Below, piece after piece: positions 1 through 7,183 of a DNA stretch of 64,000 bases. Source of the stretch: Candidatus Magasanikiibacteriota bacterium (GTDB taxonomy: Bacteria; Patescibacteriota; Patescibacteriia; Magasanikbacterales; GWA2-37-8); NCBI GenBank assembly GCA_030650025.1, contig JAUSEN010000029.1, positions 287 through 64,286 of the forward strand, read 5' to 3'. The notes beneath the pieces were generated by a model. The model did no database searches, was not told where the DNA came from, and saw only the letters and a program-made list of their open reading frames with translations. The position numbers were made by a program, and so were the translations under genes. Each line of letters starts with the position of its first letter. The first letter of the stretch is position 1.

Positions 1-1
1 A

Positions 2-346
2 CGCGATCAGAATTTTTACAGCATTGAGTATTCTTGGCGTAAAGGCGAACATCCAACGCAGAGTAATTTTAATCCCGACTTCTTCCTGAAATTTGGCGAC
101 AATATCGTTGTTATTGAAATCAAAGCTGACGATGACGATTCGGACGAAAACAAAGCGAAGTTTCGTTGGGCAAAACAACATTTTGAAACGTTGAACGAAG
201 AATTGAAAAAGGATAAAATCAAACAGCGATACTTCTTCCATTTTTTGAGTCCGTCGAGCTATGCAGAATTTTCGGAATACGCGCTAGACGGCAGATTGTT
301 CAAGGGTGAGTTTCGTAGTTCGTTGGAAGATTTGCTCGACAAATAA
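2..346 (+). CDS. Partial (3' end) PD-(D/E)xK nuclease domain, probably a type III restriction Res-like or helicase-nuclease C-terminus
   Basis: Not in the ORF track. Frame 2 is open from the window edge: RDQNFYSIEYSWRKGEHPTQSNFNPDFFLKFGDNIVVIEIKADDDDSDENKAK...LLDK*, with the F-x-P-D-F...E-I-K catalytic motif. Confidence 0.7.
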   Translation, partial: RDQNFYSIEYSWRKGEHPTQSNFNPDFFLKFGDNIVVIEIKADDDDSDENKAKFRWAKQHFETLNEELKKDKIKQRYFFHFLSPSSYAEFSEYALDGRLFKGEFRSSLEDLLDK

Positions 347-805
347 TTGAATTGTCTGTTTTGATTTTAGAGCCCCGCCAAAAATCCCGCCCGAATTTCG
401 CCAAAAGAAAACAGTGGAGCAAATGGAAAATTCCTCCCCAAACCCCTCCTTTTCCATTTGCGACTTCCGAATTCAAAAACAAATCAGCCGAAGTTTTGGC
501 AAATCCTTTCCCCAAAAAATAGTTTTGCCAAAACTTCGTCCGCATTAGTCCCGCCACCTGCCCAGAAACTTCTAGGGCAGAACACCAAAGAAAAATGTCC
601 TTTCCATTTTCAAGAAAAATTTCACCCCCGCCAAATCAAAAAAGCAAGAGACATTTTTCTTTGGGGTTGCCGAGCGAAGCGAGGCAGTGGCGGAACGATA
701 CGAGCGTACAGGGCAGTTTCAAGCCACCACGCGCTCCGCGCGTGCGATTAGTCGGCATCAGGGTTGCTTTCAAAATACATTCGAACTTTGTATAATACAC
801 ACCGC
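347..805. mobile_element. Putative non-coding end of an integrative or defence island
   Basis: ~460 bp without a credible gene, low-complexity A/C runs, GC-rich hairpins (CACGCGCTCCGCGCGTG at 728-744) and a start-less minus-strand peptide tail at 748-804. It lies between a nuclease gene and housekeeping genes. Confidence 0.45.
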
Positions 806-830
806 TAGGCTTTTAATAAAAATCGTTTCT

Positions 831-1544
831 ATGTTTAACCTCATTTGGTCCGACTTCCTCTACCAGCCATTATTCAATGTTTTGATTTTTCTTTATAACA
901 CTATTGCCGGCCAAAATTTAGGCTGGGCCGTGGTGTGGTTAACAGTGCTACTGCGCGTGGCTTTATTGCCCCTTACTATTATTTCCGAATTTACCGAAGT
1001 ACGCCGCCAAAAAGCCGCCGTTGAGGCCGAGAAGGCAATTGTCGCCTATAAAAATGACCGCGTGGCCCAAAAAGAAATCGCGCGCAAAATCATGCGCAAG
1101 TATCACATTTCGCCGTGGGCCAAAGTTCTAATGCTTGGCATCCAGCTCTTGGTTTTAATTTTACTCTATCAGGTTTTTATTAGCGGCATCAGCGGCACGC
1201 GGATGGCTCGGACTTTATACCCAGGGGTGGACTACCCCGGCGCCATCAATGTTGATTTTTATGGTTTTAACATCGGCACCCCGCACGATATTTGGTGGAG
1301 CGGGATCTGCGCCATTTATTTGTTAGTATCTATTTATTTAGAACGGCGTAGCCGTCGCGGCTGGCAGCGCGCCGAGGTGTTTTATTGGATAAGTTTTCCG
1401 CTTTTCACTTTTGCCGCCCTCTGGTACCTGCCCATGGTAAAGTCGCTCTTTATTTTGACAACTATGGTGTTTTCTGATATAATCAGCCTTATAAGGAGCG
1501 CGATAAGATACGCCTTTAAGCCCGCCGCCGTTGCCAAGCATTAA
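831..1544 (+). CDS. yidC: YidC/Oxa1 family membrane insertase (short form)
   Basis: ATG at 831. LYQPLFNVLIFLY...NLGWAVVWLTVLLRVALLPL, then a helical hairpin and Q-L-L-V-L TM segment, typical of the YidC core. Confidence 0.75.
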   Translation: MFNLIWSDFLYQPLFNVLIFLYNTIAGQNLGWAVVWLTVLLRVALLPLTIISEFTEVRRQKAAVEAEKAIVAYKNDRVAQKEIARKIMRKYHISPWAKVLMLGIQLLVLILLYQVFISGISGTRMARTLYPGVDYPGAINVDFYGFNIGTPHDIWWSGICAIYLLVSIYLERRSRRGWQRAEVFYWISFPLFTFAALWYLPMVKSLFILTTMVFSDIISLIRSAIRYAFKPAAVAKH

Positions 1545-1561
1545 TTTTTCGCCATGTTATT

Positions 1562-2161
1562 ATGTCCACTGATTCTTTAGACAAAATAATGTATTCGTTC
1601 GTTGTGGACGATGTTCTCAAGGGTCTTTTTATTTATGTCCCGCCGGGTTATGTGGCTTGCGTCTATGATTTAGGCCGGGGCGTGCTTAAAAAAGTTTTAA
1701 CCCCCGGCCTCCACCTTAAAATTCCTTTTTGGCAAAAAGCCAAGCTGTTTAACGTCCAAACCCTCGAATATAGCATCTCGCGCCAGTTTAGCCTGGAGCA
1801 CGAACGGGCTCTTGGCGATATTCCCATTGCCGCGGTTACCCAAGAAGGCAAGCGCATCGGAATCGAGGGCACCATTCTCCTGCGCCTTGATATCCACCAG
1901 GTCCCGGCTATTTGGCAAACTATCGGCGAAGATTTTGTCGCCAAAATTGTTCGCCCGGCTATCCGGAGCCGCGTGCGCATGGTCTTTAGCCGTTTTAATT
2001 ATGCCGATATTGTGGGTGTCAGCCGCGCCGATGTTGAACACGAGCTCAAGAGCGAACTAGAACGCATTTTTTACTCCCGCGGTATTTTTGTAGAAAACGT
2101 CCTTTTAAGCGAAATCTCGCAGATTGCCGCCAGCGCTCCCCTCAAAGAAAAAGCCGAATAA
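1562..2161 (+). CDS. SPFH/band 7/prohibitin domain protein
   Basis: VPPGYVACVYDLGRGV...PGLHLKIPFWQ...IVRPAIRSRVR...RGIFVENVLLSEI is a prohibitin-like pattern. Confidence 0.85.
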   Translation: MSTDSLDKIMYSFVVDDVLKGLFIYVPPGYVACVYDLGRGVLKKVLTPGLHLKIPFWQKAKLFNVQTLEYSISRQFSLEHERALGDIPIAAVTQEGKRIGIEGTILLRLDIHQVPAIWQTIGEDFVAKIVRPAIRSRVRMVFSRFNYADIVGVSRADVEHELKSELERIFYSRGIFVENVLLSEISQIAASAPLKEKAE

Positions 2162-2179
2162 AATTGGTTTTCTTACCTC

Positions 2180-2208
2180 TTGACACCCATCTTCATCGTT
2201 GGTATATT
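2180..2208 (+). promoter_or_regulatory. Sigma70 promoter of the hrcA operon
   Basis: TTGACA (2180-2185), 17 bp spacer, TATATT (2203-2208), with extended -10 TG. Confidence 0.8.
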
Positions 2209-2233
2209 ATCACTCATAAGTATAGAGTGATAA
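2207..2233. promoter_or_regulatory. CIRCE operator (variant)
   Basis: TTATCACTC-N9-GAGTGATAA, a perfect inverted repeat that differs from canonical TTAGCACTC-N9-GAGTGCTAA by one symmetric change. It sits directly before the hrcA ATG. Confidence 0.9.
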
Positions 2234-2235
2234 CC

Positions 2236-2922
2236 ATGGAAACCAGGCAAGAACAATTACTCCAGCTGGTGATTGAAAACTATATTAAAACCGCCGAGCC
2301 GGTGGGTTCGCGTTTTTTAGTTACCGAAGCTGGTTTAGCGTGGAGCGAGGCCACGGTACGGAACGACCTGCGCGAACTCGAAGAGGCTGGTTATTTAACG
2401 CATCCGCACACTTCGGCCGGGCGCATCCCCACCACCAAAGGCTACCGCCATTATATTCAGAAACTTAATTTTTCCGGGCTGGAATTGCCCAAAAAAGAAT
2501 CCAGCGAATTGGAAAAAGCTTTTAAAGCCGAGGACGAATGGGAGGCGGCCTGCAAACAGCTCGCTAAAACAATGGTCGCGCTTTCTACTGAAACCGTGCT
2601 CCTCGCTTTTTCGTCCGAAAAAGTGTATTATACCGGCCTCGCGAGCTTGTTTCAAAAACCGGATTTTGGCGAGCAGAGCTTGGTGGTTGATGTGTCGGCT
2701 ATGTTTGACACGTTAGACGAAGTGTTGCCGGATTTTTTTAATATTGTTGCCGGTGAACCCAAGTATTTTTTGGGAGCGGAACACCCGTTTGGCGAAAAAC
2801 TAACGGTGCTCTCCACGCGTTTTGGGGAGGATGACCAGTCGCTTATCGCGCTCGTCGGCCCCCAGCGCATGGACTACAAGCACAATTGGGCTTTGCTAAA
2901 TAATATTTTGCAGTTTGTTTAG
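2236..2922 (+). CDS. hrcA: Heat-inducible transcription repressor HrcA (short form)
   Basis: RQEQLLQLVIENYIKTAEPVGS...SEATVRNDLRELEEAGYLTHPHTSAGRIPTTKGYR and the C-terminal GPQRMDY. ATG at 2236. Confidence 0.95.
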   Translation: METRQEQLLQLVIENYIKTAEPVGSRFLVTEAGLAWSEATVRNDLRELEEAGYLTHPHTSAGRIPTTKGYRHYIQKLNFSGLELPKKESSELEKAFKAEDEWEAACKQLAKTMVALSTETVLLAFSSEKVYYTGLASLFQKPDFGEQSLVVDVSAMFDTLDEVLPDFFNIVAGEPKYFLGAEHPFGEKLTVLSTRFGEDDQSLIALVGPQRMDYKHNWALLNNILQFV

Positions 2923-2930
2923 AAATATTT

Positions 2931-3803
2931 ATGGACCAAGTGGAAAAAAAATACCCTATCATTGCCGTTGGCGCCCTCATTTATAATCAAGCGGGCAAGA
3001 TTCTTTTGGTGCGCGGGCCTAAGTTTGGCGATTTCTGGACAATCCCGGGCGGTAAAGTTGACCTTGGAGAAACTGTTGAACAGGCTCTGCGCCGCGAAAT
3101 TAAAGAAGAAATTAGCGTTGAAATTGGAAAGGTTGAGTTTGTGCAGTTTCAAGACGCGATCAATCCGCCCTCGTACCACGAACCCAAGCATTTTTTATTT
3201 ATAGACTTTCTCGCGGAATTAAAAAATGGCGAGCCGGCTGTTTCTAACGAAATTACGGAATTCATCTGGGTTGACGCCGCCACGGCGCGCCAAGATTTAA
3301 AAACTTCTCCGACTGTGGACAAATTGATTCAAGCCTATCTAGATAAAAGCAAACCAGCTGAAATTAAAAACGAAGATTATAAATTAAATTATCAGCGCGC
3401 CTTGGCGGATTATCAAAACTTAAAAAAAGAAACCGCCAGCCGCCGGGGGGAGTGGGCGCAATATTCCGAACAGATGATTCTGGAAGAATTTATTCCGGTG
3501 TATGATAATTTTAAAAAAGCCTATTGGCATAAACCCGAGATTGCGGGCGAGAGTGAGAAGCAATTTAAGCAGTGGGCGGACGGCATTGGTTTTATTCAAA
3601 AACAGTTTGGGGATATTTTAAAAGCGCACAATGTAATCGAAATAAAAACCGTGGGCGAAATGTTTGACCCTAAGTTTCACGAAACAGTTGGTGAAGACGC
3701 GGTGGAAGGCAAAACGCATGGCACAATCGTCAGAGAGGTGGAAGGAGGGTACACTATGGCTGGGCGGGTGATAAAAGTGGCGAAGGTGATTATTGCGAAA
3801 TGA
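2931..3803 (+). CDS. grpE: NUDIX hydrolase - GrpE fusion
   Basis: N-terminal Nudix box (GGKVDLGETVEQALRREIKEE). C-terminal GrpE (YQRALADYQNLKK...FDPKFHE...GYTMAGRVIKVAKVII). Position in the dnaK operon fits. Confidence 0.9.
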   Translation: MDQVEKKYPIIAVGALIYNQAGKILLVRGPKFGDFWTIPGGKVDLGETVEQALRREIKEEISVEIGKVEFVQFQDAINPPSYHEPKHFLFIDFLAELKNGEPAVSNEITEFIWVDAATARQDLKTSPTVDKLIQAYLDKSKPAEIKNEDYKLNYQRALADYQNLKKETASRRGEWAQYSEQMILEEFIPVYDNFKKAYWHKPEIAGESEKQFKQWADGIGFIQKQFGDILKAHNVIEIKTVGEMFDPKFHETVGEDAVEGKTHGTIVREVEGGYTMAGRVIKVAKVIIAK

Positions 3804-3814
3804 TTTTTAGTTGT

Positions 3815-3856
3815 ATGGAGTTCGATAAACACAACCCGCATCCATTTAAAAAATAA
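3815..3856 (+). ncRNA. Candidate preQ1-I-like riboswitch
   Basis: 5-bp stem ATGGA/TCCAT, loop beginning GTTCG and an A-rich tail, directly upstream of yhhQ-queF. The loop is longer than canonical. Confidence 0.4.
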
Positions 3857-3871
3857 TTATTTTAATTTTTT

Positions 3872-4540
3872 ATGCAAACCACTAAATATTATCACGTTAT
3901 TATCGCGCTTTTTAGCGTTTGTTTGGTCGTATCCAATATCATTGCCGTAAAAATTGGCAGTTTCCTGGGTTATTTCTTGCCTGTGGCGGTTATTTTATTC
4001 CCATTCACCTATATCTTGGGCGATGTTTTAACCGAAGTGTATGGCTACGCGGCCGCTCGCCGCGCTATTTGGACCGGCTTTTTCTGCAATTTAGTGGCGG
4101 TCATCGCCATTTGGTTGAGCATCAAAATTGTACCCGCGCCGTTTTTTGCCAATCAGCCCGCTTTTGCCGCTATTTTAGGGTTCACCCCGCGCTTACTAGT
4201 GGCTTCGTTTTTAGCTTACTTAGTTGGTCAGTTCGCTAATTCATATATTCTATCAAAATTAAAAATCAGAACCCAGGGTAAGCATCTGTGGGCGCGAACG
4301 GTTGGTTCTACTGTGGTTGGTGAAGGTTTGGACAGCCTGGTGTTCATTGTCCTGGCTTTTAGCGGTGTCTTGCCAAGTGTGGCTATCCCGACTTTGGTTT
4401 TAACGCAGTGGATTTTTAAAAGCGCGTTTGAAGTGGTGGCCACGCCATTTACCTATATTGTCGTGAATTATTTAAAACAGGCCGAAGGGTTAGATGTTTA
4501 CGATCATCAAACCAATTTTAATCCGGTGAAAATTAATTAA
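3872..4540 (+). CDS. yhhQ: Queuosine precursor transporter (YhhQ/DUF165)
   Basis: SNIIAVK...FPFTYILGDVLTEVYGY...RLLVASFLAYLVGQ...RTVGSTVVGEGLDS; adjacent to queF. Confidence 0.92.
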   Translation: MQTTKYYHVIIALFSVCLVVSNIIAVKIGSFLGYFLPVAVILFPFTYILGDVLTEVYGYAAARRAIWTGFFCNLVAVIAIWLSIKIVPAPFFANQPAFAAILGFTPRLLVASFLAYLVGQFANSYILSKLKIRTQGKHLWARTVGSTVVGEGLDSLVFIVLAFSGVLPSVAIPTLVLTQWIFKSAFEVVATPFTYIVVNYLKQAEGLDVYDHQTNFNPVKIN

Positions 4541-4578
4541 CAATGAACAAACAACAATTAACAAGTTGTTAATTTCTT

Positions 4579-4977
4579 ATGCCCACATCCAAACAGGACC
4601 TCTCGCAACTTACTGAACTTGGCAATAAAAAAGCCAAGCCCGCTCGCACGCTCGAAGCGTTTCCCAATCATGCCCCGGGCGATTTAGAGGTCAGTTTGCA
4701 TTGCAGAGAATTTACCTGCCGCTGCCCCTTAACGAACCAGCCAGATTATGCCACTATTGACATTGTGTATGTGCCAGATAAATTTGTAGTGGAGAGTAAG
4801 TCCCTGAAGCTGTATTTAGAAACCTATCGAGAAGAAGGCGTTTTTCACGAACATCTGGCCGTGGATATTGGCAGGGATTTCGTGAAGTTTATTAAACCCA
4901 AAAGCGTGAGCGTAAAAGTTAATTTTAATACGCGCGGCGGGATCGCGATCAGCGCGGAGTGGAAGAGTAAAAAGTAA
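4579..4977 (+). CDS. queF: 7-cyano-7-deazaguanine (preQ0) reductase, unimodular type
   Basis: EFTCRCPLTNQPDYA, QueF motif ESKSLKLYL, FHE and RGGI. Confidence 0.93.
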   Translation: MPTSKQDLSQLTELGNKKAKPARTLEAFPNHAPGDLEVSLHCREFTCRCPLTNQPDYATIDIVYVPDKFVVESKSLKLYLETYREEGVFHEHLAVDIGRDFVKFIKPKSVSVKVNFNTRGGIAISAEWKSKK

Positions 4978-4987
4978 GCATATTACT

Positions 4988-5662
4988 ATGTCAGAGAGTA
5001 ATTTTCTTGCGAGGCATTGGAAAAAACTAGCGGCTGGTGTAGCGGCGCTCGGTATTACGGCGGGGGCTGTTGACATGAGCCGTTCACGGCGAAGCGAGGC
5101 AGACAGTGGTGATGCACAGGGCGAAGTCCACAAACCGGAAGTCCCCGACCAGGCAGCGAGAGATATGAAGGCGTTAGATAATGCAGGGCGTCTTCAAAAT
5201 GAGGAACGAGCCCGCGAACGGGACCAAGAAAAGATTGTAAATGTAAAAGCTGCGATTGACGCCATGTTTGCGCAATCACCGGTGGATAATACTCCGCATT
5301 ACGAAACACAAGAATTAAGTATAGCCGAGTTGAGGGCCGAAGGTTTAGAAGATTTTGCAAAAGTTGTAAATGAAGTGCCGAGTTTAAAAATTTTTGACGA
5401 CAGCATAGATGGGCCTGCTGTAACTTATTTAGATGATCAAGGTGGGCGATTTAAATTAGCGAATATTATGGTCGAAGACGATGGCAGTTTTACTCTAGAT
5501 GGCGGAAAATTTAACCGGGGACTTGCTGCGCAAATAAATGTGGATAGTTTAGATGGATTAAAATCTGTTTTGGAGGGAGTAAAAAGAAATTTTGTAACTG
5601 GCAGTTTAGAAGACGAGCAATATGATAGGGAACAAGAAAAATTAAGGAAATTACGTCAATAA
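4988..5662 (+). CDS. Hypothetical membrane-anchored protein
   Basis: Single N-terminal hydrophobic helix followed by a charged region; N-terminus resembles 6321..6962. Confidence 0.7.
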   Translation: MSESNFLARHWKKLAAGVAALGITAGAVDMSRSRRSEADSGDAQGEVHKPEVPDQAARDMKALDNAGRLQNEERARERDQEKIVNVKAAIDAMFAQSPVDNTPHYETQELSIAELRAEGLEDFAKVVNEVPSLKIFDDSIDGPAVTYLDDQGGRFKLANIMVEDDGSFTLDGGKFNRGLAAQINVDSLDGLKSVLEGVKRNFVTGSLEDEQYDREQEKLRKLRQ

Positions 5663-5702
5663 TAGTAATGAGTATAAAAAAGTGGAGTGATAAGAAATAA
5701 TT

Positions 5703-6209
5703 ATGATAGCGAGCCGAAAAAACAATTACGCGTTTATTGATAGCCAAAATTTAAACTTAAGCGTTCGGTCGCTTGGGTGGAAGTTAAATTTTGGCAGTTT
5801 TCGCGTTTATTTGCGTGAAAAATATTCTATTCAGCAAGCGTACCTATTTATTGGTTATCTACCAGGAAATCAGCATCTTTATACCGCCTTACAGATGGCC
5901 GGCTATATTTGTGTTTTTAAACCAACCTTAGAGCTACCAGACGGTACTGTAAAAGGCAATGTTGATGCCGAGTTGGTCCTTCACACCATGATACAATACA
6001 ATAATTTTGATAAAGCCCTGCTCGTTTCCGGCGATGGTGATTTCTTTTGTCTGGCGCAGTATTTGTTGGAACAAGATAAGTTGCTTAAAGTGTTAATTCC
6101 TAACCAGGCGCGATATTCAGGGTTGTTAAAACGCTTAAGTACACAACAAAATAACGTTTTTGATTTCATAAGTGAACTCCGGGTAAGGCTGGAATATCGT
6201 CCAAAATGA
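5703..6209 (+). CDS. NYN domain (LabA/DUF88, PIN-like) putative ribonuclease
   Basis: AFIDSQNL...KGNVDAELV...LVSGDGDF, the NYN acidic motifs. Confidence 0.9.
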   Translation: MIASRKNNYAFIDSQNLNLSVRSLGWKLNFGSFRVYLREKYSIQQAYLFIGYLPGNQHLYTALQMAGYICVFKPTLELPDGTVKGNVDAELVLHTMIQYNNFDKALLVSGDGDFFCLAQYLLEQDKLLKVLIPNQARYSGLLKRLSTQQNNVFDFISELRVRLEYRPK

Positions 6210-6259
6210 AAAAGGCTCCAAGCGGTACAAAACCCGCTAAGAACCTAGATCGTCGTGAT
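6209..6259 (-). ncRNA. Candidate ~50-nt small RNA convergent on the NYN gene
   Basis: The minus strand reads ATCACGACGATCT-AGGTTCTTAGCGG-GTTTTGTA-CCGCTTGGAGCCT-TTTT (hairpin plus U-tract), downstream of a consensus promoter that has no ORF to drive. Confidence 0.55.
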
Positions 6260-6265
6260 AAAACT

Positions 6266-6293
6266 AGTATAACATACTATATTAATTTGTCAA
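6266..6293 (-). promoter_or_regulatory. Sigma70 promoter for the antisense-oriented small RNA
   Basis: Minus strand TTGACA (6293-6288), 16 bp spacer, TATACT (6271-6266), with extended -10 TG. Confidence 0.65.
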
Positions 6294-6320
6294 GGCCGGG
6301 CGCGAATAAACCTCAAAACT

Positions 6321-6962
6321 ATGTTGGAAGGCAAGAAAAAATGGATTGCTGCGGCGGTCGGCCTGGCCGGTTTAGTTGGCGTTGAAGCCGGCAGACGAGC
6401 CGAAAAAAAGACCCCGCCAAGAGTAACGGACGAATCAGCCGATGTAGCGAAGCGTCCCAAAGATATGCGCGAAGCAGATGCCATTGCCGAGGCACGGCGA
6501 GTGTTGGATGAAGATAAGGCCAGAGGAGAAAGGGCTGGAGAAAATTACCAAGAAGACTATGAGCAATATTGGCTTGAGAATATGGAAGCGAAGTTTGATG
6601 TGGCACACGCAGAATATCCAATTTTGTATAAAATATTAGAAAAAAGTCCCTATGATTTTACCAAAGACACTCTTTTTGCTGACCCACCACCCAGGTTGTA
6701 TTTATGGAAAAAAGTTGGCGAATTTGAGGGCACGCCACGAGCACTGGAAGGAGTTTTTGTTTTACGAAATGCAGATGGCACCTTGGGGTATGAGATAATT
6801 CCTCAAAATAATCTTTACAAACCAGACGGTCAGCATGTGATATTCACCGCAGAGCAGCTTTTACAGGAGCTTCAAGCAAGAGAATCTGTTGAAAGTCAAC
6901 TAGTTGAAGATAGGGGTAGCACTGATGAGCGCGAGGCTAGCGAAGAAAATAAAGAAGAATAA
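6321..6962 (+). CDS. Hypothetical membrane-anchored protein
   Basis: KKWIAAAVGLAGLVGV TM helix and an acidic body; N-terminus resembles 4988..5662. Confidence 0.7.
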   Translation: MLEGKKKWIAAAVGLAGLVGVEAGRRAEKKTPPRVTDESADVAKRPKDMREADAIAEARRVLDEDKARGERAGENYQEDYEQYWLENMEAKFDVAHAEYPILYKILEKSPYDFTKDTLFADPPPRLYLWKKVGEFEGTPRALEGVFVLRNADGTLGYEIIPQNNLYKPDGQHVIFTAEQLLQELQARESVESQLVEDRGSTDEREASEENKEE

Positions 6963-7000
6963 AATTTTTTAGGCATTTTTTATAAATTTATTTACACACT

Positions 7001-7063
7001 ATGTCCAAAGTTCTCGGAATCGATCTCGGCACCGCTAACTCCTGCATGGCCATTATCGAAGGC
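7001..7063 (+). pseudogene. dnaK: dnaK 5' stub 1 (21 codons)
   Basis: Encodes [21 protein letters not shown] (20/21 identical to the DnaK N-terminus), then homology stops. The frame ends at TAA 7124-7126. Confidence 0.92.
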
Positions 7064-7085
7064 GTTGTGGCAATTAATTATACAC

Positions 7086-7114
7086 TTGACAACGTTATGG
7101 CGACGTGTTATATT
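7086..7114 (+). promoter_or_regulatory. Sigma70 promoter upstream of the hairpin and second NYN gene
   Basis: TTGACA (7086-7091), 17 bp spacer, TATATT (7109-7114), with extended -10 TG. Confidence 0.75.
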
Positions 7115-7120
7115 AGTAGT

Positions 7121-7171
7121 AACTAAAACCACCCACCCTGCCCCGTAAGGGGCCCGGTGGGGTTTTATTTT
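7121..7171 (+). ncRNA. Candidate ~50-nt small RNA or attenuator upstream of the NYN gene
   Basis: TAAAAC-CA-CCCACC-CT-GCCCC-GTAA-GGGGC-CC-GGTGGG-GTTTTA-TTTT: a long hairpin with a GNRA loop and U-rich tail between promoter and ATG. Confidence 0.55.
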
Positions 7172-7183
7172 AGAGCAAGTTTT

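Noticed and set aside
300-795. ORFs 300..557(-), 458..751(+) and 595..795(+)
   Set aside because: Low-complexity translations, non-ATG starts or mutual overlap, and no recognisable motifs; treated as non-coding island end.
687-830. N-terminal extension of the yidC ORF
   Set aside because: Runs across the presumed island junction; YidC-like sequence starts at ATG 831.
5668-5700. Mini-ORF MSIKKWSDKK* just before the first NYN gene
   Set aside because: Too short, and no similarity to DnaK or any neighbour; could be chance.
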